This document shows positions 1-11,500 of a DNA stretch of 64,000 bases, piece by piece. The DNA lies in contig OZ320322.1 of NCBI GenBank assembly GCA_976226885.1, positions 49,786,001-49,850,000 on the forward strand, written 5' to 3'. A program made the position numbers and the translations under genes. The notes under the pieces are model-generated. The model was not told the DNA's origin and did not search any database. It worked only from the letters and a program-made list of their open reading frames with translations. This stretch comes from Iphione sp. A-MEVVRFRX5. Taxonomy: Eukaryota. Numbering within the stretch: the first letter of the stretch is position 1; each line of letters begins with the position of its first letter.

Positions 1-500
1 TGCAGGCCAGCAATTCAATCTAAATCTTGCTGAGTGGCCTGTACTTTATCTAAAATTAAGTGGATACTTCCAATGATGAGCAGAGTATGATTATTCAATG
101 CCTTGGTGAAGCCACACTTCAAATATAACCTACTGGAAATTGCCAGTATGTTCACTGGGAAGAAAGTTGTACTGCAGGTGCACTTCAGCTGCTGCTGTTG
201 CCTCATCGTATAGGGCTGTGATTTCCTCTCATTGTATGCGCTCTGTGATTTGGTTCATTGGGATAGGCTAGTAAATGATAGTGACTAGGCTTCAGTTAGA
301 GCTGTTCTTAATCTGATCAATAATGGACTTGCCCTGAGAAAGCAGAGAACAAGTGCTAGGCAACCAAGAGCAGGTACTTTGGTTTGTAAACAACCATACA
401 TTACAATGTATTTCAAATCCTTGTGGCACAAGGATTGAGTGCATGAAATGCCCTATCACCTGATCTGAAAATAAGATCAAAACTGCCTAAATTAAAACCA
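1..500 (+). mobile_element. Degenerate CR1/L2-type LINE ORF2 3' remnant
   Basis: From ~46 the frame reads LSKIKWILPMMSRV*LFNALVKPHFKY, resembling the post-RT LxxIRxxLP...LYNALVxPHFDY segment. Near 445-495 it reads *NALSPDLKIRSKLPKLK, resembling WNxLPxxLK...LxxFK. Stops and frameshifts are present. Confidence 0.55.
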
Positions 501-3500
501 TGAAGCTCTGACTTCTTTTTTTTGGCTATCATTAGCTCTCCACCACAGGCATGAAATAGAATTAACTAGGCCTGCCTCAGTTTTGAACCAATAACGTATT
601 GAATGGTACTAATGTTCATGTGCAATGAACCACGGTGAGATTCATGTAATTATCAAATACTTATGATTGGGGCCAGCAAATTTATATCACTTATTTATTT
701 CGTGTGCTTGAGGTATGCTTCTTCTGAGTTCTACTCTACTGTAATCATCCACTACATTCATTTGCACTTAATAATATTGTCCCACACCACTTTCTTGTTC
801 ATATATATTCCTTACAAATCTTTGTAATACAGAGAAAAGAATAAACACGTTACTTAAAAAAGGGAGCTCTCAAGTTGGATACAGTAGAATAAGATGAATT
901 AATAATATGGTACGACCATAGCTGTCAGAGACATGCTATGAAGCCTATGATATCAAGGCCCCTTGTAACACTACATCTATAAAACGCTGTCTGAAAGTAG
1001 TACCAGCCTACGGGAATAGACTAGAACAGAAAAATATTTCATTTCCAAACTAGTCGCCCTGATAAGGCATTTTTCACAGTGTGGAGGATGTCTAATGGAT
1101 GATCCTTATAATTTGTTTTCTTTCATAGGTTCTGTTAATCTTTTATAGAATAATACACACTAACATATATTTCAAGGTAGAAAAACAGAATACAAAAGAA
1201 AGCAGAGCAAATGTTGGCATTGCTTGTTCATTTGGTGGTAGCAATACATCAATGACCTTGACCTTCAAATGTAAACAGAGGGAGACAGACTGCCACAGAC
1301 AGAGAGAGAGACAGAGAGGGACAAGAGAATTCCTCTCACGTGTATACAACCAGTGTAGGTGCTGAAGGCACTTGTATACACGAAAATAATAAACAGAGCT
1401 ACTCCCAACATGGCCTCCATATAGTTTATCTTCATTACATCTGGTGAGGAGTATGACTGAATACCCTATCTACATCTCACCTACACTTTTCTGTGACTGA
1501 GAAAGGACTTGATGTGAGGCTTTGAGATGGTTTGTATACTATTTCAAGCGTAGAACCATGTGTAGGAGGAGGGAGGAGTAGTTAACTGCGAGAACAGAGA
1601 AACGTCATGCGTTCAGCGGGGTAATCACGTACCTCAGTGTACATGCCCTACCTGCTGATCTGTGGGTATATAAGTCAATATGACTCTATAATCTGTGATG
1701 ACGAAGAAAAAACTGTCAGTACACATCATGTATTGCATGAATAATGGCACCCTATTCCAGAGTGAGGATTTTAGAAAGTTTCCTTTGAGTCCTAGGTTCC
1801 TCACACAGTACATTACATCATATTTGCCACGGGATACTCGTAGGAAGAAAGGTTTATGAAGAACTTGGACCAACTCTGAATGTGCTCAAGATGAGGATAA
1901 ATCTTGGAAACAAAAACTTTATAAGTTTTTAGGAATCTACCGAGCATCTCTGCACACAACAATTAGGCTGCCCCTAGCCTCTGTATGTTGCTGTGTGCCT
2001 CTGGAAAAGCAATGCCCAAAAGTTCATCCTGGGGAAGCTAATGTGCATATCAGCCAGAAAAAACTTGGTTGAACAACTCGAAATTAAATATCACGCTGAG
2101 AATATTATAGTGTGTGCATGTATTTTGTGGGCAATCTGGCTCGGGGTAATCTGTTTCAGGTGATTTGCATCAGAGGATCGTACTGCATGGATAGGTATTG
2201 CACAATACGAGGTAACTGCGATTTATTTGCCTATGGCGCAACAGGAGTTGATAGCTACATTTATCACAAGTTATGTAATGACTGCACAATCTTCTCTAAT
2301 CCAGACATATATCTAGAGAGTGTATCTATTTTTAGCTGTAGGTATGTAATCTATAAGGTATTGCACAACCCTGGAGTACATAAGTAAAGAGGTTTTCCTG
2401 AATAAAAAGACCCTTTCTCTGTACACTTATGAGAAAGATCACCCCATGCACATCTATTTTGGTATATTTGGAGTGAACCAGATTCTTTATTTTTGTTATC
2501 TGTTCAACCTTCTACCTGCCAACACTCCGCTAGACTTACACACCTTACAATATCTATGGGAAGATATTGTGTAGGAGGGAAGGTACTACTTAAAAACAGA
2601 ACAAAGCAGAGAAAACTGGTACTGACATTTCATCCAGAGCCATTTCAGGTTTTCACGAGAGAAGGCTCATGAGCTGCTTAAAGATTAGATGAAGTTCAGA
2701 TACAGCACACCAGTCATTTTTACAATACCAAAACTGACAAAGAATCTATCTTGCGTCAACCTGATAACCAAGTCAGTCACCTATCTGACGCCTTTGAGAT
2801 TCAAAATCCAGTTCTCCATCCTGACTCCCATCAACCCTCCTGTCAGTCACAACTGCAAAGCAGAGGCCATTCCCATTTCCAACCGTCCAAACTCACACGC
2901 CACTAAATCTACAGTACAATCTGCGACCGCCTAAGCAATCCAGGCACCTTGCTATTCCTTCCAAATACCCCTGGAATAGAATTGTTTCCATTATATTCCA
3001 AAATAATACCCCTTCAGTAAACCAAGCCAAACCATTCTATGATATCTGAGAAGTTTCCTTTACCCTACATCCACAAAGTTGAGGAGCAAAACCTCAGGTG
3101 CAGTGAATTTGAGGCGTAATATCCCGAGTAGTGATGAATTTGAGGGCGCTGAAACAACACTCTCTGGTTTGCTTGTCTGTCTGATATCCCCTCAGTAATG
3201 CAACCACTCCCTAGTAGGGGGGGACATGAGGGAGCCTAGGAGGGAGTGGGGATGGTAAGCGATACTAAAAGAGTGTATATGTGTGTGGGAGGGGGAGGGG
3301 GGGGGTAAGGGACACTGAGAGTGGGCAGGAAGTAAGGGAAACTAAGAGAGAGTGGGTGAACATAAGGGGGGGGGAGGTGAGGGGAACTAGGAGAGAGTGA
3401 GGGAATTTGAGGGAGACTAAGAGAGTGGGGCGAGATGGGAGAGACTAAGAGTGATAGGGGAGAGATAAAAGAGACTAAGAGAGAGTGGAGGGAGGTGAGG

Positions 3501-3740
3501 GGGACTAAGAGAGAGTGTGAGGAGGTGAGGGGGACTAAAAGAGAGTGGGGGAGGTAAAGGGGACTAAGAGAGAGTGGGAGGAGATGAGGACTAAAAGAGA
3601 GTGGGAGGAAGTGAGGGGGACTAAGAGAGAGTGGGGGAGGTAAAGGGGACTAAGAGAGAGTGGGAAGAGATGAGGGGGACTAAGACAAAGTGGAGGGAGG
3701 TGAGGGGGACTAAGAGAGAGTAGGGGGAGGTGAAGGGTAC

Positions 3741-4275
3741 TGTAAAGTGAACCAATAAAGTTGCTGTGAACACCAAAGCTGCTGGTTCTAAACTGTTTAT
3801 TTCCTTCCAAAACCAGTGTTTACATAGCCTTTCTAAGTGCTAATCCACCAATCAGAGGCCTAGCCTCACTATCTAACCAATCAAAACACAGTTCCATCAG
3901 TTGCAACAATGTATCATTTAAAAAGAATGTTCTCAGCCAATCAGTACACTTTTCCTTATAAAAAATACAATGTAACAAGCTATAGAATGTTTTCTCCCAA
4001 TTAGAGAGTTCCCCCCCGTATTAGGAGATATGGGGTGATCTCTCAGTAAGCAATCACAGCTTTAATACCAAATAAGGGAGGTCGGGTGATCTCCCACCAG
4101 CCAATCAGAGTAAAGTAACTCAGTAGTAAAAATTTCCATGAGATCATCAAACTGCACTGATTGACCTCTAAGTATATATAACAGTGGCATCAGAAGTTGC
4201 ACTCATTGTCCCCAAGCCTTGCACTCAATGACCCCTACTAGCAGCAGTGTTACTAAACCTAGGCCTCGGCCTACA
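3741..4275. mobile_element. Solo LTR (535 bp; probably Gypsy-type)
   Basis: Termini are TGTA (3741) and TACA (4275), with a 4-bp direct repeat GTAC on both sides (3737-3740, 4276-4279). CCAAT motifs occur at 3752, 3848, 3877, 3937, 3997 and 4101, and TATATATAA at 4173-4181. No internal coding region. Confidence 0.8.
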
Positions 4276-4550
4276 GTACTAAGAGAGAGTGGGAATAGGT
4301 GAGGGAGACAGAAACTGGGGGATGATGGAGACTACAAGTGAGTGAGTGGGGAAAGGTAAGGGTGACTAAGACAGAGTGGGAGGAGGTGAGAGGGACTAAG
4401 AGAGAGTGGGAGAAGGTGAAGGGGACTAAGAGAAAATGGGGGAGGTGGGAGGGACTAAGAGAGAGTAGAGGGGCCATGACGGAGACTAAGAGAGTGGGAG
4501 ATGTGAGGGAGACTAAGAGAGAGAGTGGAGAAGGTAAGTGATACTAGGGG

Positions 4551-5765
4551 TAAGATAAGATAAGAAACAATTTTATTTATCATCCAGCAGTCACCTCAAT
4601 AAGGCGGTGTTCATAGTATGGATGGTACATAGAGATCAATACAGGCATTTAAGTCAGCTATGATACATGAAAAATTAATAGTAGGCTCAGATATGAAAAA
4701 CATAAATTAATATTCATTTTGTATGATCAGTTCATGAATCTCAATATTTGTCTAAATTGAACGATTGAACCAGCACTCCTTAAAAGTGTATCTGAGCTAT
4801 TCCAGTCCTTGATGCTGCTATAGTGAATTGATTTTGTTACTAGTTCAGATTTTGGTAAGGGCAGGTAAAGAAGATCTGCATCATGCTGTCTAGTTAGTAG
4901 CTTGGTTTGTTTGGGCAATAAGTCCAACAGAAACAAGTTATGTACAATGTTAACTGAGAACCACTTTCTTCTTTGGTGGGTATTTACAATGTTGAATTTA
5001 ATGTGTATGTCAAAACTTGATAATATTTTCTTGTCAGTATTATATTGTCTTGTTTTGCTGTAGGCAAGAGCTAATGCTCGATCCTGTAGCTTTTGCAGTC
5101 TGTCAAGTTCCTTTTTGTTGCAGCAGCTCAACAGCATTGTTGAGTAATCAACTTGGGGCTGTATGAAGGTTTTAAACAGTCTGACAATGTCATCTGCATT
5201 GAAATAGGCCCTTAGTTTATATAACACATTCAATTTTTGTGATACCCTTTTTATGACCTTTTTGATTTTCATTTCAAATTTCATATTCGTGTCAAAGATG
5301 ACACCCAGGTATGTGTACTGATTTACATACTCTACCTCTTCAGTTCCAATCATAACACATCCTGTATCAGTATTTTTACTAGGGTGAATAGGCAGTATTT
5401 TAGTTTTGCTGATGTTCATCGTCAGCTTATTAATACTGCACCAGTTTAATAGCTTTTCCATAACTTCTTGACTCCTATTATTAACATCAACAATATTGCT
5501 CCTACTGCATAATATTAAGGTATCATCAGCAAACAGAGTGGTGTCACTTGCTATGGTGAGTGGGAGATCATTTATAAATAGGGAGAATAGGAGAGGCCCA
5601 AGTGTGGAGCCCTGTGGCACTCCTATATTGACCTCCTTTTTTGATGACAGAGATTTGTTAACTAAGTAGTATTGTTGTCTATGACTCAGGTAGTTATTGA
5701 ACCATCTAATGGTCTTCTGATCCAACTGATAGAGACTTTCCATTTTTCTAAGAAGTGGGTTATGA
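4551..5765 (-). mobile_element. 5'-truncated CR1/L2-group (Crack/Daphne-like) LINE; C-terminal half of the reverse transcriptase ORF2
   Basis: The uninterrupted 338-aa ORF 4727-5743 carries GVPQGSTLGPLLFSLFINDL, LFADD, NISKTK, YLGV and a terminal DWN..LR motif. The short 3' UTR has AATAAA and a (TCTTA)3 tail at 4551-4565. The 5' end is cut just before HNPLLRKM. Confidence 0.92.
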
Positions 5766-6253
5766 GGGTGTGGGGGAGGTAAGGGAGACTAAGCGAGTGC
5801 AGGGAGATAAGAGGGATTATGACAAAAGTGGAGGGAGGTGAGAGGGATGAAGAGAGTGGGGAAGGTAAGGGAGACTAGGAGAGAGTGAGAAAGGTAAAGG
5901 AGACCAAGAGAAAGTGAGGGGATCAACATGATGCAGGTGGTGGCCATGTGACAGTGTCATGTTGAGGCCACGTGGGATTACCATCTTGAGGCCATGTGAC
6001 CCTGCCACCTTGCGTACGTACATGTTGCATTGCCACCTTGAGAACACATGGTATTACCACTTGGCAATGCAACTTGGCTGCCACCAAAACCATGTTGCAA
6101 ACAGCATCTTTTGGTCACTTAAGGGCAAAGTGGCAGGACAACCATGAGGGGACGTGGCCACAACGTTTGGTGCCTGCTGGAATAGTTGACCCTCCCCCCC
6201 CCCCGCCCCCCGGTTAAAATTCTAGTTTACCGGTCCCGACCACACTACTTTTA

Positions 6254-6395
6254 CCACAGGGCAGGCCCCCTGTGATGTCACAGGGGGCCTGCCCTGTGGC
6301 TAACCCTAACCCTTACCATCAATCTTATTAAATCATGCAAAGTTTAGAGGTAGCCTATATGGCTAACCCTAACCCTTATATCCTAACCCTAAATT
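6254..6395. repeat. Perfect 22-bp-arm palindrome followed by short telomere-like (CCCTAA) repeats; probable non-autonomous Helitron/Helentron-like relic
   Basis: CCACAGGGCAGGCCCCCTGTGA (6254-6275) + TG + exact reverse complement (6278-6299). TGGCTAACCCTAACCCTTA occurs twice (~6297, ~6360). The element class is inferred. Confidence 0.6.
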
Positions 6396-7385
6396 AAAGT
6401 CGCTAGTTCTTAATTGTGGGGGAGACGGTCTCTTGCCATTCTTTAGAGTCTCTCTTCAGCCAAAAGTGGGGACAAGGCCAGACTTGTCCTATTCACTACT
6501 GATTGTAATAACAGCCAGTCAGTGCAGCGAAGTTGGTACATTAAAAGACCAAAAACCATAGAGGCGACCATGCAACAGTGAGTGTGCCTATTTTCGAACT
6601 GGTTTGTTCTGCCTAGAAACATCGGGAGAACCCCCCAAGTAAAAATATACCCTCTCTCTAGAGTGAGTAAAAAAAAAACCCAACAACCTTGTACACAGAC
6701 TGCTACACCTCAACTCGTAAATTTATGCCCAATTGATGATGCAACACCACACGATCACAGCTTCGTTCGACGATGAGCAGTCCTCATGTGCAATATGGTA
6801 TATTTTGGTGCACAATACAGGATTCCAGCGATGTAGAAACAACATTGAATTAAGAGCGAGTCAGTGACCCTGTGCATGTTGCTATTAACGCTATAAGTAG
6901 ATCTAAACAATACCTGTGACAGCTCGAACAAGCACATTTGGAAACATGTAGATAAATGATACGACAGTTTCTCATTCGCGAAGTGTCATTGACTGATATG
7001 CTATATGTCGCCATAATCTAAGTGAATATCTAATCGTCTCTAGATAAGCGACCAAGAGAAAGCATCAGACAAGGTTACTTACATCATACCTGTGACCGAG
7101 TACTATTTAGTTCTGTCGAGTGTAGGCTGCTAGTCCGAGTGATCTGCCACGTGTGTGTATATGTGCCTGTGAAGAGCAAACGGGTGCGTTTGGAAATTCT
7201 GGTACCTTGTAGGAGTCTTACTTTACCTTTTTGTACCGCTGTGTGCAGCAATGCTTAACTACAGCATGTTTTGCACAGTATCGTTAAAATTTATAACAAT
7301 GTGCAGGAATCCAAATGCTAGATGCCAAAAGGGACCGATGCAACAAGGATAAAATTAACACGCCTTACTGCAGAACCTGAGAACC

Positions 7386-7590
7386 AATGCACTTTTAAAA
7401 CTGAATAGATAAAAAGTTAAAGTGAGTTATCGAGATTTATTACTGGTACAGTAAAAGTTGTTGAGGGTCTGTATCCCGAAACCGCTTGAGAAAGACGACG
7501 AGCATTTTCCATCAAAGGGACAGGACACAGTCTACGTGTGCCAAGTTTGTTAAAAGGCGGCATACATAGATACCAGACGGAATGAATGTG
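7386..7590 (+). mobile_element. Possible piggyBac transposase C-terminal relic
   Basis: One frame reads NALLKLNR*KVKVSYRDLLLVQ*KLL...EHFPSKGQDTVYVCQVC*K...TRRNEC. This loosely matches the NA..L...F...L / HFP...CxVC...R.E pattern of piggyBac C-termini. There are three stops and I found no TIR or TTAA TSD. Confidence 0.3.
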
Positions 7591-8565
7591 GACTTAAAAA
7601 TATAGGAAAGTGGCAATTAATCTTATTATGAAAAAGATATAATTCGTTTCTTATCAATTATTTTCTTTTCTAGAAAATGTTATTTGTATAATTGTTATTC
7701 CGCTTGAACGTAAAACTTCAGTTTTGTCAACTAAATTATGCGTTTAAGTTCAGTAAAAGTATGTCACCGATAAAGTCAAGAAAATTACACGATGCTGTGA
7801 AGAATCCTTCTCAGTATGTAATTATATGCAATATCAGTTCGTATGAACACTTTAACGCATTCCGTTTTCTCTGTTCAAAAGTTGTCATTTTTTCATTACC
7901 CACCCAGTGTCAGTTAGTAGCTAGCTGTCAGTCAACAACGTAAGGAAAGGCAGAAGCAGCTTAGTCAGTGTAGGCGAGGCACCCTGCCAAACTAGACCGA
8001 TAAACTGTGCATACTAGCGATCTATAACTTGTAAGGTAAATATATAGATGGTCAAGAGCTTAAACATGACAACAGCTTAGTGTAAGCGTTCCTTGTCCCA
8101 GTGCCCGGCCTCTGACAGTGTCAGTGCTAGTGATGCTAATGCTTTACATTACAAGCTGCTAGCAGTGCCAGTCATCACCACCGCCGACTGTGCAGTCATC
8201 ATATGTAAGCCTCTTGTCGTTAATTGTCCTTTTATCTTCCGTTTGCCAACCCAATGTAATTCATAAGCGTAAGAGAATGTCATCTGTAGAGTATCCCGGT
8301 TATGTGTATAGTTAGTGTAAGGTGTGTGTGAGCTGATGAATGATGCTTGACGTTTGATGGGATGGGCCATTCATGATTGTGCCTTGTCCCAGTATTAATT
8401 AACTCAGTTTATTAGTTCGTGCATATCTTTATTACACTATAACAATTAAAAAAAGCTAGAGACCTACTTGCCCTCTGTAGCTACTTCGGTTATATAGTTG
8501 CAACCGCAATTTGATGAATTTCTCGGTATCTTTATAAACTAGGAAATGTATCGTCCACTAAGAGA

Positions 8566-11500
8566 ATGGCATCAACCAACGTACTTGCACTGAAGCAAGG
8601 TTATCTGAAGAAACTCCCTAATCAGATGAAATTAGGGTCATCCCTAAAGGTCAGTAAATTTTCTCTGTTCCCTAATTAAAGACTGCGTGCATCGACCGTT
8701 TATTATATTATATTGTTTACTTCCTTGATGATAATAGCCTTGTTAACTGTTTATTATGTTTAATTACATATGTGCCTCTTATAAAAAGAATGTACAGCTT
8801 AAATTTGGACTGAATATTAGCTGCACATTTTGTTTTTCGTAAACTCAGCTTCTTTCTTTTTTTTTACACAACCTGTTCAAACACATGAACACAATCATAG
8901 TGGTGTGGTTTTGGAATCGTACTTTATTTTTTATATCTATTGATATACATTAGTAAATGACATTAATAAAGATAATGACTTATTCATATTTTGTTTGTAG
9001 AAATGAAATATCATTGAAAACGTATGAGATATGGGGCCCGATTTCTAAGAATCATGTACTAAAACGGGACAATAGGCACCAAGGCCATGACAAGACTCTA
9101 GTGCAGAATATACGTAAGGAAAGCAGTTAAAACACTTTCCATGCATTATTTGTAGTTGATAACAGACCGACCAGTTGTAGGTACTGTTGCAGATTAAAGA
9201 CAAGTTGTAAGGTTACCAGCACCAGCAGTGGCATCACAAACTCCACTCTGAGGTTTCTAATATGTTGGTCACACACCATATACCCCAATGAAGAGATTCC
9301 AAGGACACTTCGGGAGACAGATAGATAGATGGGACACTTTGGTCTCAAGACACTTAGACTGTTGTCGCTGAAAAAGCTGGGATGGAACAGTGGGGTTTCA
9401 ATCACAGTTCTTTCCTTATCAGGAGTTCATACCAACAAGCAAAAAGAATGCAGAAGCAGGAGGAAACCCTATGGATCAACTGACTGAGCACCCCCCTTCT
9501 TCATGAGTTGAACATACTGGACTAATGCAGCTTTATCAGTGCCTGTGCTAACTTCCATCCCATCAAACATTAGGACCAGGCAGTGCACAAAATTTATCTT
9601 CTGATATATTGGGGTGGGGGGCTCTTCCATAACGCAACCAGGTAAAGTGACTATTTTTTTTTAAATCCACCACTAATATAGGAAACATACCCAAGAGGCT
9701 TTCCAACCCAGTCTATCACCTGATGAGGCCCCCGAAAGCCCAACAATACAATTACTTCAAGAACTATCCTTAAATTTTCACCATATCACTACCACTCAAT
9801 GTGGTACAAGTGAAATTTATCTGTAAAAGTCATCCTATAGCATGACAGATTCGAAAAAAAATACCATTTCATTCATGAAACAAAGGATAGATACCGACTT
9901 CTGGTTGCCAGGAGTTTGGAATGGATCTCAGTACATCATTCTCGATGTGGTTGCGAATACTAAAGAATAAACACACCCTTCCCTGATTTCCGTGTATTAT
10001 TTTTTGTAGCTGAAGAACGTTATCTGTCTAGACTGGAGAACACACAGGACTTGTAATGCAACTCATAATCAACGGCCGTCTTTGTTGATGAAACAGAGCG
10101 TTTCTTATCAGATGTATTTCAGTAGCACAGTTACAAATGCTGTGATTATGTGCTTGTTATCTGTGTTCTCGTACACTGCCATCCTTGCCCGCATTCAAGC
10201 TGAGCTATCAGACGAAGTAGCCATTTGATTTTTTTTTCAGTGAGAAATGCTTACATGTTTCTTCCGGATACCAGCCCACACAGAAATAATTATTAAAGAT
10301 CATTTGACACGGCTGTGGTTTTGAGTATGGAATCTGTCAAGGAGAGCTCTCAGTCCAGTCGTTACAGGTTGTACCCCCGGGTGGTAGTTTGAGCACGATT
10401 CGGTCTAATTATATGCACTATATACCTATATAGACCTTGAATATGAGAGACCAGCCTAGCCCAGTCCAGCTAACATTAATAGATAAACTGGCCACCATCC
10501 AGCCAGTCATGCACGGTCAGTGTTGCGAGACGTGTTCTGGGACCTCGAGTTTTCAGGTTGCATGCAATTAATACTTCATATGACCAAACTGTCCTCGAAA
10601 AGAGGTTGCGGTTTTTATTTCCAAATACCGATTTACACTTTGGTAACGTTTAACCGCATCCGTTGTGTTTGTCCCTTCCCACACCAAAAAATGTCATCAG
10701 GGCATTACTCTCAGACTGAATGTTAACCGCAGAGTCTGGTTGCCGGATAGGGAAAATACAAGTTAAACCTTACCCGCTCCCCGCCCCCCCCGGGTAGCTG
10801 AAGTACATATTGTACTTGGTTGTTCATGTGTATGTAATCAGGTTGGCTGGCACAAACCAAATATGAACATTCATCTCACAAAGCTTGACGTCACGAATCA
10901 TGTGCCTGAGTGTTGTTTTATTTGTGTTCACACGTATTTCGGATATTGGTTTCTCTTTCGATTTTTAACTTTCTTTCTAGAAGTACACTTGTTAAGTTTT
11001 TCCCTGTGGGTCATGCATGCATATCACATTTCCTTCCTGGCCAAAATGATCTGAGTGTTTTTTTTCCTGTAATTTTTTGGGGTGGCGGCGGTCCTCTCTG
11101 TAGCGGGCCGACCGAAGATGGACCATCTTTGGACTGACGCGGGAGCAGAAGCCGTACCTGGCCTTCTACCAGAACGAGGACACCGTGCTGACCAGTGCGC
11201 CGCTGAGGGTGGTGCCACTGAGGACCTGCTGCCACATCACCAAGAGCCTCAACCTCAAGGGTCACACCAACGTCTTCACGCTGAGGCTGGATGACCGCCA
11301 ACTCAGCCTGATGGCACCTACCATGTAAGCTTAGCTCGGAGTCNNNNNNNNNNNNNNNNNNNNNNNNNNNNNNNNNNNNNNNNNNNNNNNNNNNNNNNNN
11401 NNNNNNNNNNNNNNNNNNNNNNNNNNNNNNNNNNNNNNNNNNNNNNNNNNNNNNNNNNNNNNNNNNNNNNNNNNNNNNNNNNNNNNNNNNNNNNNNNNNN

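Larger units (their letters stand above)
3300..5925 (+). repeat. Purine-rich ~28-29 bp minisatellite (GGGGACTAAGAGAGAGTGGGAGGAGGTGA-like), split into three blocks by two insertions
   Basis: The same GGGACTAAGAGAGAGTGG core recurs in ~3300-3740, 4276-4550 and ~5766-5925. Confidence 0.9.

Noticed and set aside
1900-3050. Possible RTE-type LINE remnant on the - strand
   Set aside because: Only scattered weak resemblances (PSLLHNIF, VEQITKIK, RGS); too decayed to support.
9911-9960. - strand [10 protein letters not shown] resembling the TBC IxxDxxR motif
   Set aside because: An isolated motif among stops with no exon structure.
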